Of a stretch of 64,000 bases of DNA, positions 19,014 through 27,859 are shown piece by piece. The position numbers and the translations under genes were made by a program. The notes under the pieces are model-generated. The model was not told where the DNA came from. It worked only from the letters and a program-made list of their open reading frames with translations, and ran no database searches. Source of the DNA: an uncultured Acidobacteriota bacterium (GTDB taxonomy: Bacteria; Acidobacteriota; Vicinamibacteria; Fen-336); assembly GCA_964442185.1 (NCBI GenBank), contig CAYTWT010000257.1, positions 97,979 through 161,978 of the forward strand, given 5' to 3'. Positions within the stretch are counted from its first letter, which is position 1; the number at the start of each line of letters is the position of its first letter.

Positions 19014-20470
19014 ACGGCGTGCCCTCTCGCGAGCCGTGACAGGCGCTCGCGTTCGCCAGGCGTGAGGAAGCCCGACGCGACGAGGAGAGCGGGAAAGGCC
19101 AACAGGGCCGCGGCTTTCGCTGTGAGGGCGGGCCCCAGCGTCGCCGGGGCGAAGAGCGAGAGCAAAAACGCGACGAGGCCCGCGCCCGCCACGCGCAGCA
19201 GGCGCGACGATTCGAACGGGATCGGGAAGAGCCGCTGTGAGAAGAAGAGGCCCAGGCCGGCCATGAGCGCGTACGAGAGCACCGTGGCCCAGGCCGCGCC
19301 CAGCGTGCCGAAGCGGGGGATCAGTAGGAAGTTCGCCGCGATGTTGGCACTCGCGGTGAGCAACGTGATGATCGGGTAGTAGCGAGCCTGCTTGCGGACG
19401 CCGATGCCGATCGAGGTGAGCAGGAACGCGCCGTGAAACAGGTAGGCGAGCGCGACCGGGGGAATCAACGGCGCCGCCGCGTGAAACGCGGGGTTCTTCG
19501 GGGTCATGACCACGAGCAACTCGCGGCCGAGCACCGAGACGCCGAGGCCGAGGCTCACGAACCCGAGCCAGGCATACGTGACGACGCGGGCGATCGTGGT
19601 GGGGGCCTGTGCCGACTTCAGCTGGGAATAGACAAAGGGCTGCCAGGCGGGCTCGAAGGCCGACAGGGCGAACTTCACGCCCTGGCCGAAGCTGTAACCC
19701 ATCTGGTAGACGCCCACCTCGGCCCGCGAGACGAACAGGTCGAGGATCTTCCGATCCGCCAGGTTCTGGGCCTGGACCAGGATCCCGTGCGGCACCTTGG
19801 GCCCGCCGAAGCGCAGGCACTCGCGCAGCAGCGGGAACGAGAAACCCGGCGCCGCGTTCTTCACGAGCGTCGGCAGGAGCAGCAGCGAGAAGAGGCCGGT
19901 CGCGATCAGGTCACTCCAGAGCACGCCCGCGACACCCCAACCCTGCATCACGAGCGCCACCTTCAAGATCGTATTCGTGGCATGCCGAAAGGCCGCGAAG
20001 CTCGAGAACAGGCCCGGCCGCTCCTGGATCCGCAGCAGGCTCAGCGGGACGAAGGCGAACGAGCCCAGCCACACGTCGGCGGCGGCGAGCATGACCAGGC
20101 TGGCGGCGGGCTGGTCGTGCCCGAAGAGCGTGGCGGTCAGGGCTCGCCGGCCCAACACGACGCACAAAAAAAGCACGCTGCCCAGACCCGCCGAGAACAG
20201 CGCCACGGTCCCCGCCAGGCGCCGGCGCTCTGCCTCGGAGTCGAGATCGTAGTGGACGCGGAAGAAGGCCCCGTCGAGACCCATGCGGAAGACGATCTTC
20301 GCGAGCGTCGAGAAGAGCAGCAGCAGGGCCAGCACGCCGTAGTCGGATGGCGAGAGGTAAGCCGTGTAGAGGGGGACGAGCAGGAAGTTGATGAAGTTGG
20401 TGAACACGTCCGCCGCGCCATACAGCGCGGAATGGGACGCGAGCTTCTTGAGCTGGCCGGCGAGTCTCAC
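19010..20470 (-). CDS. Wzx-like oligosaccharide flippase (MOP superfamily polysaccharide biosynthesis protein)
   Basis: 486 aa with 12-14 TM spans. N-terminus AADVFTNFINFLLVPLYTAYLSPSDYG is typical of Wzx/RfbX. Confidence 0.75.
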   Translation of the reverse strand: MRLAGQLKKLASHSALYGAADVFTNFINFLLVPLYTAYLSPSDYGVLALLLLFSTLAKIVFRMGLDGAFFRVHYDLDSEAERRRLAGTVALFSAGLGSVLFLCVVLGRRALTATLFGHDQPAASLVMLAAADVWLGSFAFVPLSLLRIQERPGLFSSFAAFRHATNTILKVALVMQGWGVAGVLWSDLIATGLFSLLLLPTLVKNAAPGFSFPLLRECLRFGGPKVPHGILVQAQNLADRKILDLFVSRAEVGVYQMGYSFGQGVKFALSAFEPAWQPFVYSQLKSAQAPTTIARVVTYAWLGFVSLGLGVSVLGRELLVVMTPKNPAFHAAAPLIPPVALAYLFHGAFLLTSIGIGVRKQARYYPIITLLTASANIAANFLLIPRFGTLGAAWATVLSYALMAGLGLFFSQRLFPIPFESSRLLRVAGAGLVAFLLSLFAPATLGPALTAKAAALLAFPALLVASGFLTPGERERLSRLARGHAV

Positions 20471-20504
20471 GGCCGTGGCGCGACCAAGGCTGTGGCCGGC
20501 GCGA

Positions 20505-21482
20505 TCAGACGCGGCCCTTGTCCGACGTGAAGTAGGCGCTCACGCGGTCGAGGATCTCGTCCAGATGCACCTGCGGCTCGTAGCCGATCAGGGCCGTGAG
20601 CTTCGAGGTGTCCGGCACGCGCCGGGGCATGTCCTCGAAGCCCTCCTCGTAGGCCTTGGCGTAGGGGACGAGAACGATCTCGCTCTTCGAGCGGGTGCGC
20701 TCCTTGACCCGCATGGCGAGATCGAGGATCGTGATTTCTTCCGTGCTGTTGCCGATGTTGAAGACCTGGCCGACGGCGCCCTCTTGATCGGCAAGCCGAA
20801 CCAGGGCGTCCACAACGTCGCTCACATACGTGAAGCAGCGTCTCTGGGTGCCGTCGCCGAAGACCGTGAGCGGGTGGCCGAGCAGGGCCTGCTTGACGAA
20901 GTTCGGGACCACCATGCCGTAGCGGCCGGTCTGGCGCGGGCCCACGGTGTTGAACAGCCGCACGATCACCACCGGCAGCCGCTTCTCCTTGAAGTACGCG
21001 AGCGCCAGGAATTCGTCGATGGCCTTGCTGCACGCGTAGCTCCAGCGGCCCTTGCTGGTCGGCCCGAGCACGAGATCGGCCTCTTCGTGGAACGGCACGT
21101 CGTTGCTCTTGCCGTAGACCTCCGAGGTCGAGGCCAAGAGCACCTTCTTCTTCTTCTTGTTCGCGAGCTTCAGCACCATCTCGGTCCCGTGGACGTTGGT
21201 CTCGATGGTGTTGACCGGGCTCTCGACGATGAGCCTCACACCCACGGCTGCGGCCAGATGGAAGATCACGTCCACGCGGTCGATCAACTCGGCGCAGACC
21301 GGCTCGTTCGTGACGCTGTCGATGGCATAGTGGAAGCGCGGATTCGGCTTCAGCGGCTCGATGTTCTCGATCGAGCCTGTCGAAAGGTTGTCGAGGACGA
21401 AGACCTCGTCGCCGCGTGCGAGCAGCGCCTCGGCCAGGTGGCTTCCCACGAAGCCGGCGCCGCCGGTGATCAAGGCCTTCAT
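20505..21482 (-). CDS. NAD-dependent epimerase/dehydratase (SDR, UDP-sugar epimerase/decarboxylase-like)
   Basis: MKALITGGAGFVGSHL...YACSK (YxxxK). Contains a KKKKK run encoded by (AAG)5. Confidence 0.85.
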   Translation of the reverse strand: MKALITGGAGFVGSHLAEALLARGDEVFVLDNLSTGSIENIEPLKPNPRFHYAIDSVTNEPVCAELIDRVDVIFHLAAAVGVRLIVESPVNTIETNVHGTEMVLKLANKKKKKVLLASTSEVYGKSNDVPFHEEADLVLGPTSKGRWSYACSKAIDEFLALAYFKEKRLPVVIVRLFNTVGPRQTGRYGMVVPNFVKQALLGHPLTVFGDGTQRRCFTYVSDVVDALVRLADQEGAVGQVFNIGNSTEEITILDLAMRVKERTRSKSEIVLVPYAKAYEEGFEDMPRRVPDTSKLTALIGYEPQVHLDEILDRVSAYFTSDKGRV

Positions 21483-23185
21483 TGCCTGGCTCCCTCGGGC
21501 TCTTTCTTCTGCGCGCTCTCGAGCACGACCTCGGCCACCCGCGTCGCCCCCATCCCGTCGACGAGGCGTCGGCCTTTCTCGCTCATCTCGCGACGGCGCG
21601 CGGGGTCCCCGAGGAGCGAGGCCACCGCTCGCGCGATCTCGGCTTCGGTGGCGTCACTGCCCAGGCCGAGGTATTCGACAGTGCCGTGCCGGGCGAAGCT
21701 GCGCATTCGGCTCTCCTCGCGCAGGTTCTGGGCGAGCACCAGGCCGGGCGTCCCGACCGCCGCGATCTCGTACACGCTCATGCCGCCCGAGCAGAGCACG
21801 AGGTCCGCCTCGAGCATCAGGTCCACGATGTGGCCTTCGGCGTGCTGGATGAGCGGGATAGGCCGGGACAACGCGGCCGCGAGGCTTTCGAACTCCCGCC
21901 GGTGCGAGAAGGCCGGCCCCGCGACGGCCACGATGTCGACCGACCGGGGCAGCGCCTGAAGCGCCCGCGCCGCCTTCAGCGTGAGACCCTGCGGATCGCT
22001 GCCGCCGAACGAGAGCAGTAGCATGCGCGGCGTCTCGCGCAGCTCCTTGACGCGCGGGAGGTCGCGGAAGTGGCGACGCAGGATCGCGTAGGCCGGGCCG
22101 CCGTAAAAGCCTTCGGCCGTCTCGCGGTCTTCGTTCATCACGGACACGATGACCTGGGCGTAGGCCTCGGTCCGCTCCAGGTCGTCCAGCGTGTCGACGA
22201 GGTTCACCGTGGTCGTACCCAGGTGGGAGAGGGCGCGCAGGTACACGTCCTGCAGCGCCGGCAGGTCGTTGATCAGGATCTCGGGCGCGTAGTCGCGGAT
22301 GTGCCCGAGGTAGGTTTCGAGCTTGCCCTCGCCGGCCAGGCGCACGGGGTAGCCGTACTTCGAGACCGTGGTGAGGCCTTGGGCGTGCGTGGCGGTCATC
22401 AAGAACGCGATGTCGGCGCGCGAGCTCTCGCGCAGCGCGTCGGCGATGGCGAGCGAGCGGTAGACGTGGCCCATTCCCATCGTGGTGCCGCCGTCGACGC
22501 GGAACAGGATCCGCGGCGTCCGCAGCAGCCGCTCCGCCATCCAGAAGTCTTCGAGGTCGTGGACCGTGAAGGCCGAGCGCTTGTCGAGGGTCAGGTAGCC
22601 GACCCGCTCGCCAAAGCGCGTGGCACCGTCGAGCACCTCGCGGCGCAGCGCCACGACCGCGCCGTTTTCCTTGTAGACCGGCTGTTGTTCGTCGCGCCGG
22701 CCCTCTTTGTCGAAGAGCGGCCGCAGCCGTCCAGCTTCGGCGCGCCACGAGAGCGTGCGGTCTTCAGTCACGGAGACGACCGCGTCGAAGCCGCCGCTCA
22801 CCAGCCGTTCCAGGGCCTGCTCGATAGCAGCCGCCTCCCGAAACGGGGTCGTGACCTGGAGCACGACAACGAGGTCGTAGCGCGGGCCGGCTGCCTCGAC
22901 TTCGCGGACCGCGTGGACGATCACCGGCTTCAAGCTCGGGATGTCGGCCGCGAGCGTTCCGGGCCTGAGGAATGGAGCCTCCGCGCCGTGGCCCCGGGCC
23001 ACGTCGGCCACGCGCTCGTCATCGGTCGAGATCACGACGCGATCGATCGCGCCGCAACCCCTCGCGGCGTCGATGGTGTGAGCCAGCAGCGGCCGGTCAC
23101 CGAGACGCTTGATGTTCAGATAGGGGACGCGGTCGGTCCCGCCGCGCGCCGGGATCACCGCAAGCACGCGCAAGCCCGCCTTCAC
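21479..23185 (-). CDS. Bifunctional nonulosonic-acid cytidylyltransferase (NeuA/PseF-like) fused to a PseG-like UDP-sugar hydrolase
   Basis: N-terminal LAVIPARGGTDRVPYLNIKRLGDRPLL (cytidylyltransferase). C-terminal RILFRVDGGTTMGMGHVYRSLAIADAL resembles the PseG N-terminus (inferred). GTG at 23185-23183 overlaps TGA 23184-23182. The ORF-track N-terminal 270 aa are artefact. Confidence 0.65.
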   Translation of the reverse strand: MKAGLRVLAVIPARGGTDRVPYLNIKRLGDRPLLAHTIDAARGCGAIDRVVISTDDERVADVARGHGAEAPFLRPGTLAADIPSLKPVIVHAVREVEAAGPRYDLVVVLQVTTPFREAAAIEQALERLVSGGFDAVVSVTEDRTLSWRAEAGRLRPLFDKEGRRDEQQPVYKENGAVVALRREVLDGATRFGERVGYLTLDKRSAFTVHDLEDFWMAERLLRTPRILFRVDGGTTMGMGHVYRSLAIADALRESSRADIAFLMTATHAQGLTTVSKYGYPVRLAGEGKLETYLGHIRDYAPEILINDLPALQDVYLRALSHLGTTTVNLVDTLDDLERTEAYAQVIVSVMNEDRETAEGFYGGPAYAILRRHFRDLPRVKELRETPRMLLLSFGGSDPQGLTLKAARALQALPRSVDIVAVAGPAFSHRREFESLAAALSRPIPLIQHAEGHIVDLMLEADLVLCSGGMSVYEIAAVGTPGLVLAQNLREESRMRSFARHGTVEYLGLGSDATEAEIARAVASLLGDPARRREMSEKGRRLVDGMGATRVAEVVLESAQKKEPEGARQ

Positions 23186-24234
23186 AACATCTCCCACGTG
23201 AGAGTCGTGTCCTCGGGGATGTCGACCGCGGCGATGCGGCCAATCACCTGGTCGAAGAAGCGGGGGCTGATGCCGGTGCCGGGCCGCTTGTAGGTGAGCA
23301 GCGCGCGCGTGAGCCTCGTGCCCTTGGGGATCGCGACCGCCGAGGTCACGCTGCGCCGCGCGTAGTGGAAGGCGTCGGTTTCGAGGGGCTCCAGGCCTTT
23401 CTGCGCCTTGCCCAGCGCCTTCTCGACCGTGCGGATGCCCTCCAGCATCGCCTTCATCTCGAGGGGATCGACCGACAAATGATGATCGGGCGAGCCCGGC
23501 AGCGCCTTGTCCACGGTGTAGTGCTTCTCCAGCATGCAAGCGCCCAGCGCCACGGCTGCCTGCGGCACGCTGATCCCGAGCGAGTGATCCGAGAGACCCA
23601 CGGGCACCTCGGGGAACGCCCGCATCAGGTGCTCCATCATGCGCAGGTTGATGGCTTCGGGAGGACACGGGTACTTGAGCGTGCAGTGGAGCAGCACGAC
23701 CTCCTGGTTGCCGACCTTGCGGCAGACTTCGAGGGCCTCCTCCACCTCGGCCAGGGTCGACGTGCCGGTCGAGAGGATCATGGGCTTTCCGACGCGGGCT
23801 GCCCGCTCCAGGAGCGGATGACAGGTGAGATCCGCGGACGCGATCTTGAAAGCGGGCACCTGGAGGGAGGCGAGGAAATCCACGGCTTCGTCGTCGAAGG
23901 GTGTGGCGAACGCAGTGATGCCAACCGTCTTTCCGTGCTCGAGCAGTGCCCGGAAATCCGCGTCGGAAAGCTTGTCGAGGCGATCGAAAGTGTCCCACTG
24001 CGTCCCCTTCGGGTCCTTGGGCTCGAACCAGTAGCGGGGCGCCACGCGCGTCGAGAGCTTCGACGCCGTGTAGTTCTGGAACTTGACCGCGTCGGCGCCC
24101 GCCGCTGCAGCCGTCGCCACCAGGCGCTTGCCGAGGGCGAGATCGCAGTTGTGGTTGACGCCCGCCTCGGCGATCACGTAGCAGGGCTCGCCACGGCCGA
24201 CGCGGCGGCCGGCGATCTCGAAGACCGACTTCAC
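23182..24234 (-). CDS. NeuB/PseI-family nonulosonic acid (sialic/pseudaminic acid) synthase
   Basis: EPCYVIAEAGVNHNCDLALGKRLV...AVKFQ and a C-terminal antifreeze-like domain. GTG at 24234-24232 overlaps TGA (verified). Confidence 0.8.
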   Translation of the reverse strand: MKSVFEIAGRRVGRGEPCYVIAEAGVNHNCDLALGKRLVATAAAAGADAVKFQNYTASKLSTRVAPRYWFEPKDPKGTQWDTFDRLDKLSDADFRALLEHGKTVGITAFATPFDDEAVDFLASLQVPAFKIASADLTCHPLLERAARVGKPMILSTGTSTLAEVEEALEVCRKVGNQEVVLLHCTLKYPCPPEAINLRMMEHLMRAFPEVPVGLSDHSLGISVPQAAVALGACMLEKHYTVDKALPGSPDHHLSVDPLEMKAMLEGIRTVEKALGKAQKGLEPLETDAFHYARRSVTSAVAIPKGTRLTRALLTYKRPGTGISPRFFDQVIGRIAAVDIPEDTTLTWEML

Positions 24235-25025
24235 TTGTTCCCCGCGATGGCGGCGTCGAGTTCGACCGAGCGCACGTTGTGGGACTTGTGGACCAGGTGG
24301 CTGTTCAGCTTCGCGAGCTCCGGCTCGCGGTCGAGAAGCTCGATGGCCTGCCTGGTGGTGACCAGCTGCCCGGGTGCGGCGAGCCGCGCGAAGAGCGTCT
24401 GCATCAACTCCACATCTTCTCTCTCGTCGACCGTGAGACGGTACTGCGGGCGATACAGGGTCGGATCGAGCTCGAGCGCCTGGACCCGGAACTCCCGCGG
24501 GTGCTCCTTGATGTAGAGCGTCACCAGTTCGGAGCGGTGTCGCGCTTCGCCACGCTCCCAGGATTGTTCGAGAGCGCTGCGCGAGATGACCTCGGAAAGG
24601 ATCCCCATCAGGAGCGCGTCGCCGGGCACGAAGCTGTAGTCGGCGCCGGACTCGAGATGTCGCACAACCAGGCGCTCCATCGTTTCGAGATCGGTGAGCG
24701 GGTTGTCGCCCGTGACGCGGATGATGTGCTGCGCGCCCATCGACCCCGCGCAGTCGATGTAGCGGCGCAGCACGTCGTCCTCGTCGCCCTGGAAGGCGGG
24801 GATGCCGAGCTGACGGCTGAGCTCCACGAGCGGCAGGTTCTCGGCGTTCACCGAGGTCGCCAGGCAGACGCTGTCGAGCTGGGGGGAAGAGGCGATGCGC
24901 CGTAGCAGCACGCTGAGCAGAGGCTCGCCTGCGAGCGGCACGATGGCCTTGCCGGGGCAGCGGGTGGAGGCCATCCGCGCCGAGACGATCGCGACCACGC
25001 GGGGCTCGGTCCCGAGCGGGTTCAC
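24231..25025 (-). CDS. Acylneuraminate cytidylyltransferase-family protein (SpsF/FlmC-like)
   Basis: VVAIVSARMASTRCPGKAIVPLAGEPLL. GTG at 25025-25023 overlaps TGA 25024-25022 (verified). Confidence 0.65.
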   Translation of the reverse strand: MNPLGTEPRVVAIVSARMASTRCPGKAIVPLAGEPLLSVLLRRIASSPQLDSVCLATSVNAENLPLVELSRQLGIPAFQGDEDDVLRRYIDCAGSMGAQHIIRVTGDNPLTDLETMERLVVRHLESGADYSFVPGDALLMGILSEVISRSALEQSWERGEARHRSELVTLYIKEHPREFRVQALELDPTLYRPQYRLTVDEREDVELMQTLFARLAAPGQLVTTRQAIELLDREPELAKLNSHLVHKSHNVRSVELDAAIAGNK

Positions 25026-26053
25026 TCGAGCATCTCCTCGCGAATCGTCTCGTCGGCCTGAATTGGCCGGGCGGCGCGCCGGCCAATCACGCGATCCGCC
25101 TCGCGCGGGGCGAAGCCCGCCTCGAAGCGGATGTCGGTCCGCTTGAAGGCGAGCATCGGCGCGCGCAGCACCTCGCCGCGCGGGATCAGCGTCGCGGCCA
25201 CGATCGAGCGGGCCATCAGGCGGTGATAGCGCTTCGCCCCTTCGCTTTCGGCGGCCGCGGCATCGCCCCGCGCCCGTTCGGCCTGGCGCAGCAGCTCGAC
25301 CATCCGGTAGAAGTCCTCGGGGCTCAGCGACGACTGGTAGTCGAAGCCCTTCTCGCTGCGATCGAGGGTGAAGTGCTTCTCGACGAGATCGGCCCCGTAG
25401 GCCGCGGCCAGCGCGGGCGCCACCAGCGCAAAGGAACTGCCCCCGTCGGTGTGATCGAGAAAGCCGATTGGCACCCGGAAGCGCTCTTTCCAGCGCGTCA
25501 GATCGCTGAAACGGATCTCTTCGATCGGTGTCGGGAAGGTTTGGAAGCCGTGGAGCAGGCCCACCGGCGCTGCCCCCACCCGGTCGAGCGCCTCGTGGAT
25601 GGCCTCCTCGGGCACGCCGCCAGTGGCGAAGAACACGGGCTTGCCGAGCGCCCCCACCGCGCGGATGAAGTCGGGGTTCTCCATATCGGTGGTGTGGACC
25701 TTGTAGCCGTCGGCGCCGGCCTCGGCCGCCATCTCCAGAGACGGCGGGTCGAACGCCTCGGCCAGGACGGCCAGGCCCGAAGCCTTTGCCGCCTTCAGGA
25801 TCTTCTTCCACTCTTTCGCCGTCAACTCGATCTGGTCGAAGTCCTTGCGCCCCGGGTGCCTGCGGACGACGAGCCGGTCGGAGCGGAAGAGCTGGAACTT
25901 GATGCCGTCGGCCCCCATTTTGAAGGCGGCCTCCAACATCTTGAGTGCCGTGTCGGCGGACCCGCCATGGGCGGAGGCAACCTCGGCGAGAACGAAGCAG
26001 GGCGCGCCTTCTCCAACCTGGCGGGGGCCCAGCGTCATCGCCTTTGGCCTCAT
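25022..26053 (-). CDS. Second NeuB-family nonulosonic acid synthase paralog
   Basis: APCFVLAEVASAHGGSADTALKMLEAA...IKFQ with a TIM-barrel synthase fold. It sits in the same module as the NeuB-family gene at 23182..24234. Confidence 0.7.
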   Translation of the reverse strand: MRPKAMTLGPRQVGEGAPCFVLAEVASAHGGSADTALKMLEAAFKMGADGIKFQLFRSDRLVVRRHPGRKDFDQIELTAKEWKKILKAAKASGLAVLAEAFDPPSLEMAAEAGADGYKVHTTDMENPDFIRAVGALGKPVFFATGGVPEEAIHEALDRVGAAPVGLLHGFQTFPTPIEEIRFSDLTRWKERFRVPIGFLDHTDGGSSFALVAPALAAAYGADLVEKHFTLDRSEKGFDYQSSLSPEDFYRMVELLRQAERARGDAAAAESEGAKRYHRLMARSIVAATLIPRGEVLRAPMLAFKRTDIRFEAGFAPREADRVIGRRAARPIQADETIREEMLE

Positions 26054-26083
26054 GTCTTTAAGATTCTATACGATAGGCCCAGA

Positions 26084-26806
26084 ATGCCCGGAATGCGCGT
26101 GCGCGTGGGGACGAGCGGCTATAGCTACAAGGAGTGGAAGGGGAGCTTCTATCCGGAGGATCTCCCCGCCGCGCAGATGCTCCGCTTCTACGCACAGCGC
26201 TTCGCGACCGTCGAGATCAACAACACGTTCTACCGCATGCCGAACCGCGGACTGTTCGAGCGCTGGGCCGCCGAGGTCCCGGAGAGCTTCGCCTTCGTCT
26301 TGAAGGCGCCGCGCCGCATCACCCATCAGAAGCGGCTGCAGGCGACGGCCGCCGAAGACCTCAAGTTCCTCTGGGAGACGGCCGCGGCGCTCGCTCCCAA
26401 GCTCGGCCCGATCCTCTTCCAGACCCCACCGTTTCTCAAGAAGGACATCGACCGCTTGCGGGGCTTTCTCGGGCTCTTGCCCGCGGGGTGTCGCGCAGCC
26501 TTCGAGTTTCGTCACGAGAGCTGGTTCGACGACGAGGTGAGGCAGGCGTTGCGGGACGCAGGTGCTTCGCTTTGCGCGGCCGATACCGACGCAGCGGAGA
26601 CGCCCGAAGCGATCGAGGCGACGGCCGCGTGGGGTTATCTGCGACTTCGTCGCACGGACTACGACGACGCGGCGCTCGACGCCTGGGCGGCCCGGGTGCG
26701 TGCCCAGGCCTGGGACGAGGCCTGGGTGTTCTTCAAGCACGAGGACGAAGGCAACGCGGCCGTCCTGGCGCAGCGGTTTGCGAAGCGTTTCTCGATCCCC
26801 GTCTAG
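26084..26806 (+). CDS. DUF72 (YecE-like) family protein
   Basis: MPGMRVRVGTSGYSYKEWKGSFYPEDL is the canonical DUF72 N-terminus. The start was located at the in-frame ATG 26084. The upstream part of the ORF-track ORF is antisense to the second NeuB-family gene. Confidence 0.75.
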   Translation: MPGMRVRVGTSGYSYKEWKGSFYPEDLPAAQMLRFYAQRFATVEINNTFYRMPNRGLFERWAAEVPESFAFVLKAPRRITHQKRLQATAAEDLKFLWETAAALAPKLGPILFQTPPFLKKDIDRLRGFLGLLPAGCRAAFEFRHESWFDDEVRQALRDAGASLCAADTDAAETPEAIEATAAWGYLRLRRTDYDDAALDAWAARVRAQAWDEAWVFFKHEDEGNAAVLAQRFAKRFSIPV

Positions 26807-26818
26807 GCCCGTCGCCCC

Positions 26819-27841
26819 TCACGGTTCGAGCACCCCGGCCGCCGCAAGCTGCGGCGCCAGGGTCTCCGCCATCAGCTGGCTTCCAGCGGGGCTGAAATGC
26901 AGCGAGTCGATGAAGTACTCCAGGGTCGACGGCAGCGGTGTGTCGATCCCCAGATCGCCCACATCCAGCACCGGTACATTCAGCGAGCGCGCGGTCTCGA
27001 GAAGCACAGCCACATAGGGCGTCCCCCGCGAGTGCGTCTCGTTCGGGTCCTTCCGGCGTGGCAGTGCGATGAAGACGGGGCGGGCGCCCGACTTCCGGCA
27101 CTCGGCAACGATCGCGGCCAGGTTCTCCCGATACCGCACGAGACTGACGCGGGCCACATCCCGCGGCGCGCTCGTGGCGGAACGGACCCGCGAGCGCAAG
27201 TAGGCCGCCTTGATCGCCCGATACAGATAGCTCTGGTCGAGGGCGCCATCGACATCGCGGGCGAGCGCCAGGCGCCGAGCATACTCGCGATCGTCGGCGG
27301 TCCGGACGTTGCCATCGTTCCAGCCGATGCAGATCGTGACCACGTCGGGCTGCAGCAGCGGCACCAGGCGCCGTACGTGGCCCAGCACCTGGTGGCTCGT
27401 GAAGCCGGTCACGCCTGCATTCACAACCTCGACACCGCCGCCTCGGAGCAGGCGCCCCAGGTGGAAGGGGTAGGTCTCGTCGTCGCCCGCCCCGTAGCCG
27501 AAGGTGATCGAGTCGCCGAAGCACAGCACGCGGCGAGAGCCGGGGGTGCGGTCGGGCACCTCCGGCCCGCGCAGACCGATCGAGTTGATCGTGACCGGCT
27601 TGCCCTGGAACTTTCCCTTGAAGCCGGGCTGCGGCGACCAGAAGACGTCCTTGTCCCCACGAATGAAGGGCAGCGTGATGTCCGAATCCATCTGATGCAG
27701 CAGAATCCGGGGCGAGACCGGGCGGGCGACACCCACGATCCGCAGCACGACTTCGCTCAGCGCGAAGAAACCCAGGATCAGGATCGAGGCGAACAGGATC
27801 GATCGACCCCGGGAGAAATGCAGTCGGTCCGGCGCGGTCAT
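26819..27841 (-). CDS. SGNH/GDSL hydrolase-family protein with an N-terminal membrane anchor
   Basis: VLCFGDSITFGYG block, DxxH-type C-terminus, N-terminal hydrophobic helix. Lies 18 bp downstream of ligD on the same strand. Confidence 0.7.
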   Translation of the reverse strand: MTAPDRLHFSRGRSILFASILILGFFALSEVVLRIVGVARPVSPRILLHQMDSDITLPFIRGDKDVFWSPQPGFKGKFQGKPVTINSIGLRGPEVPDRTPGSRRVLCFGDSITFGYGAGDDETYPFHLGRLLRGGGVEVVNAGVTGFTSHQVLGHVRRLVPLLQPDVVTICIGWNDGNVRTADDREYARRLALARDVDGALDQSYLYRAIKAAYLRSRVRSATSAPRDVARVSLVRYRENLAAIVAECRKSGARPVFIALPRRKDPNETHSRGTPYVAVLLETARSLNVPVLDVGDLGIDTPLPSTLEYFIDSLHFSPAGSQLMAETLAPQLAAAGVLEP

Positions 27842-27859
27842 CGTTTCGATCCTAGCGTG

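Noticed and set aside
18780-19820. 346-aa minus-strand ORF rich in Arg/Pro/Gly. The same applies to the ORFs 18159..18542, 18578..18934 and 17998..18519.
   Set aside because: They run antisense to a coherent hydrophobic plus-strand gene (17841..19013) and have compositional-artefact sequences.
26066-26740. 224-aa minus-strand ORF opposite the DUF72 gene
   Set aside because: The plus-strand frame carries the unmistakable DUF72 N-terminus (MRVRVGTSGYSYKEWKGSFYPEDL). The minus ORF has no motif.
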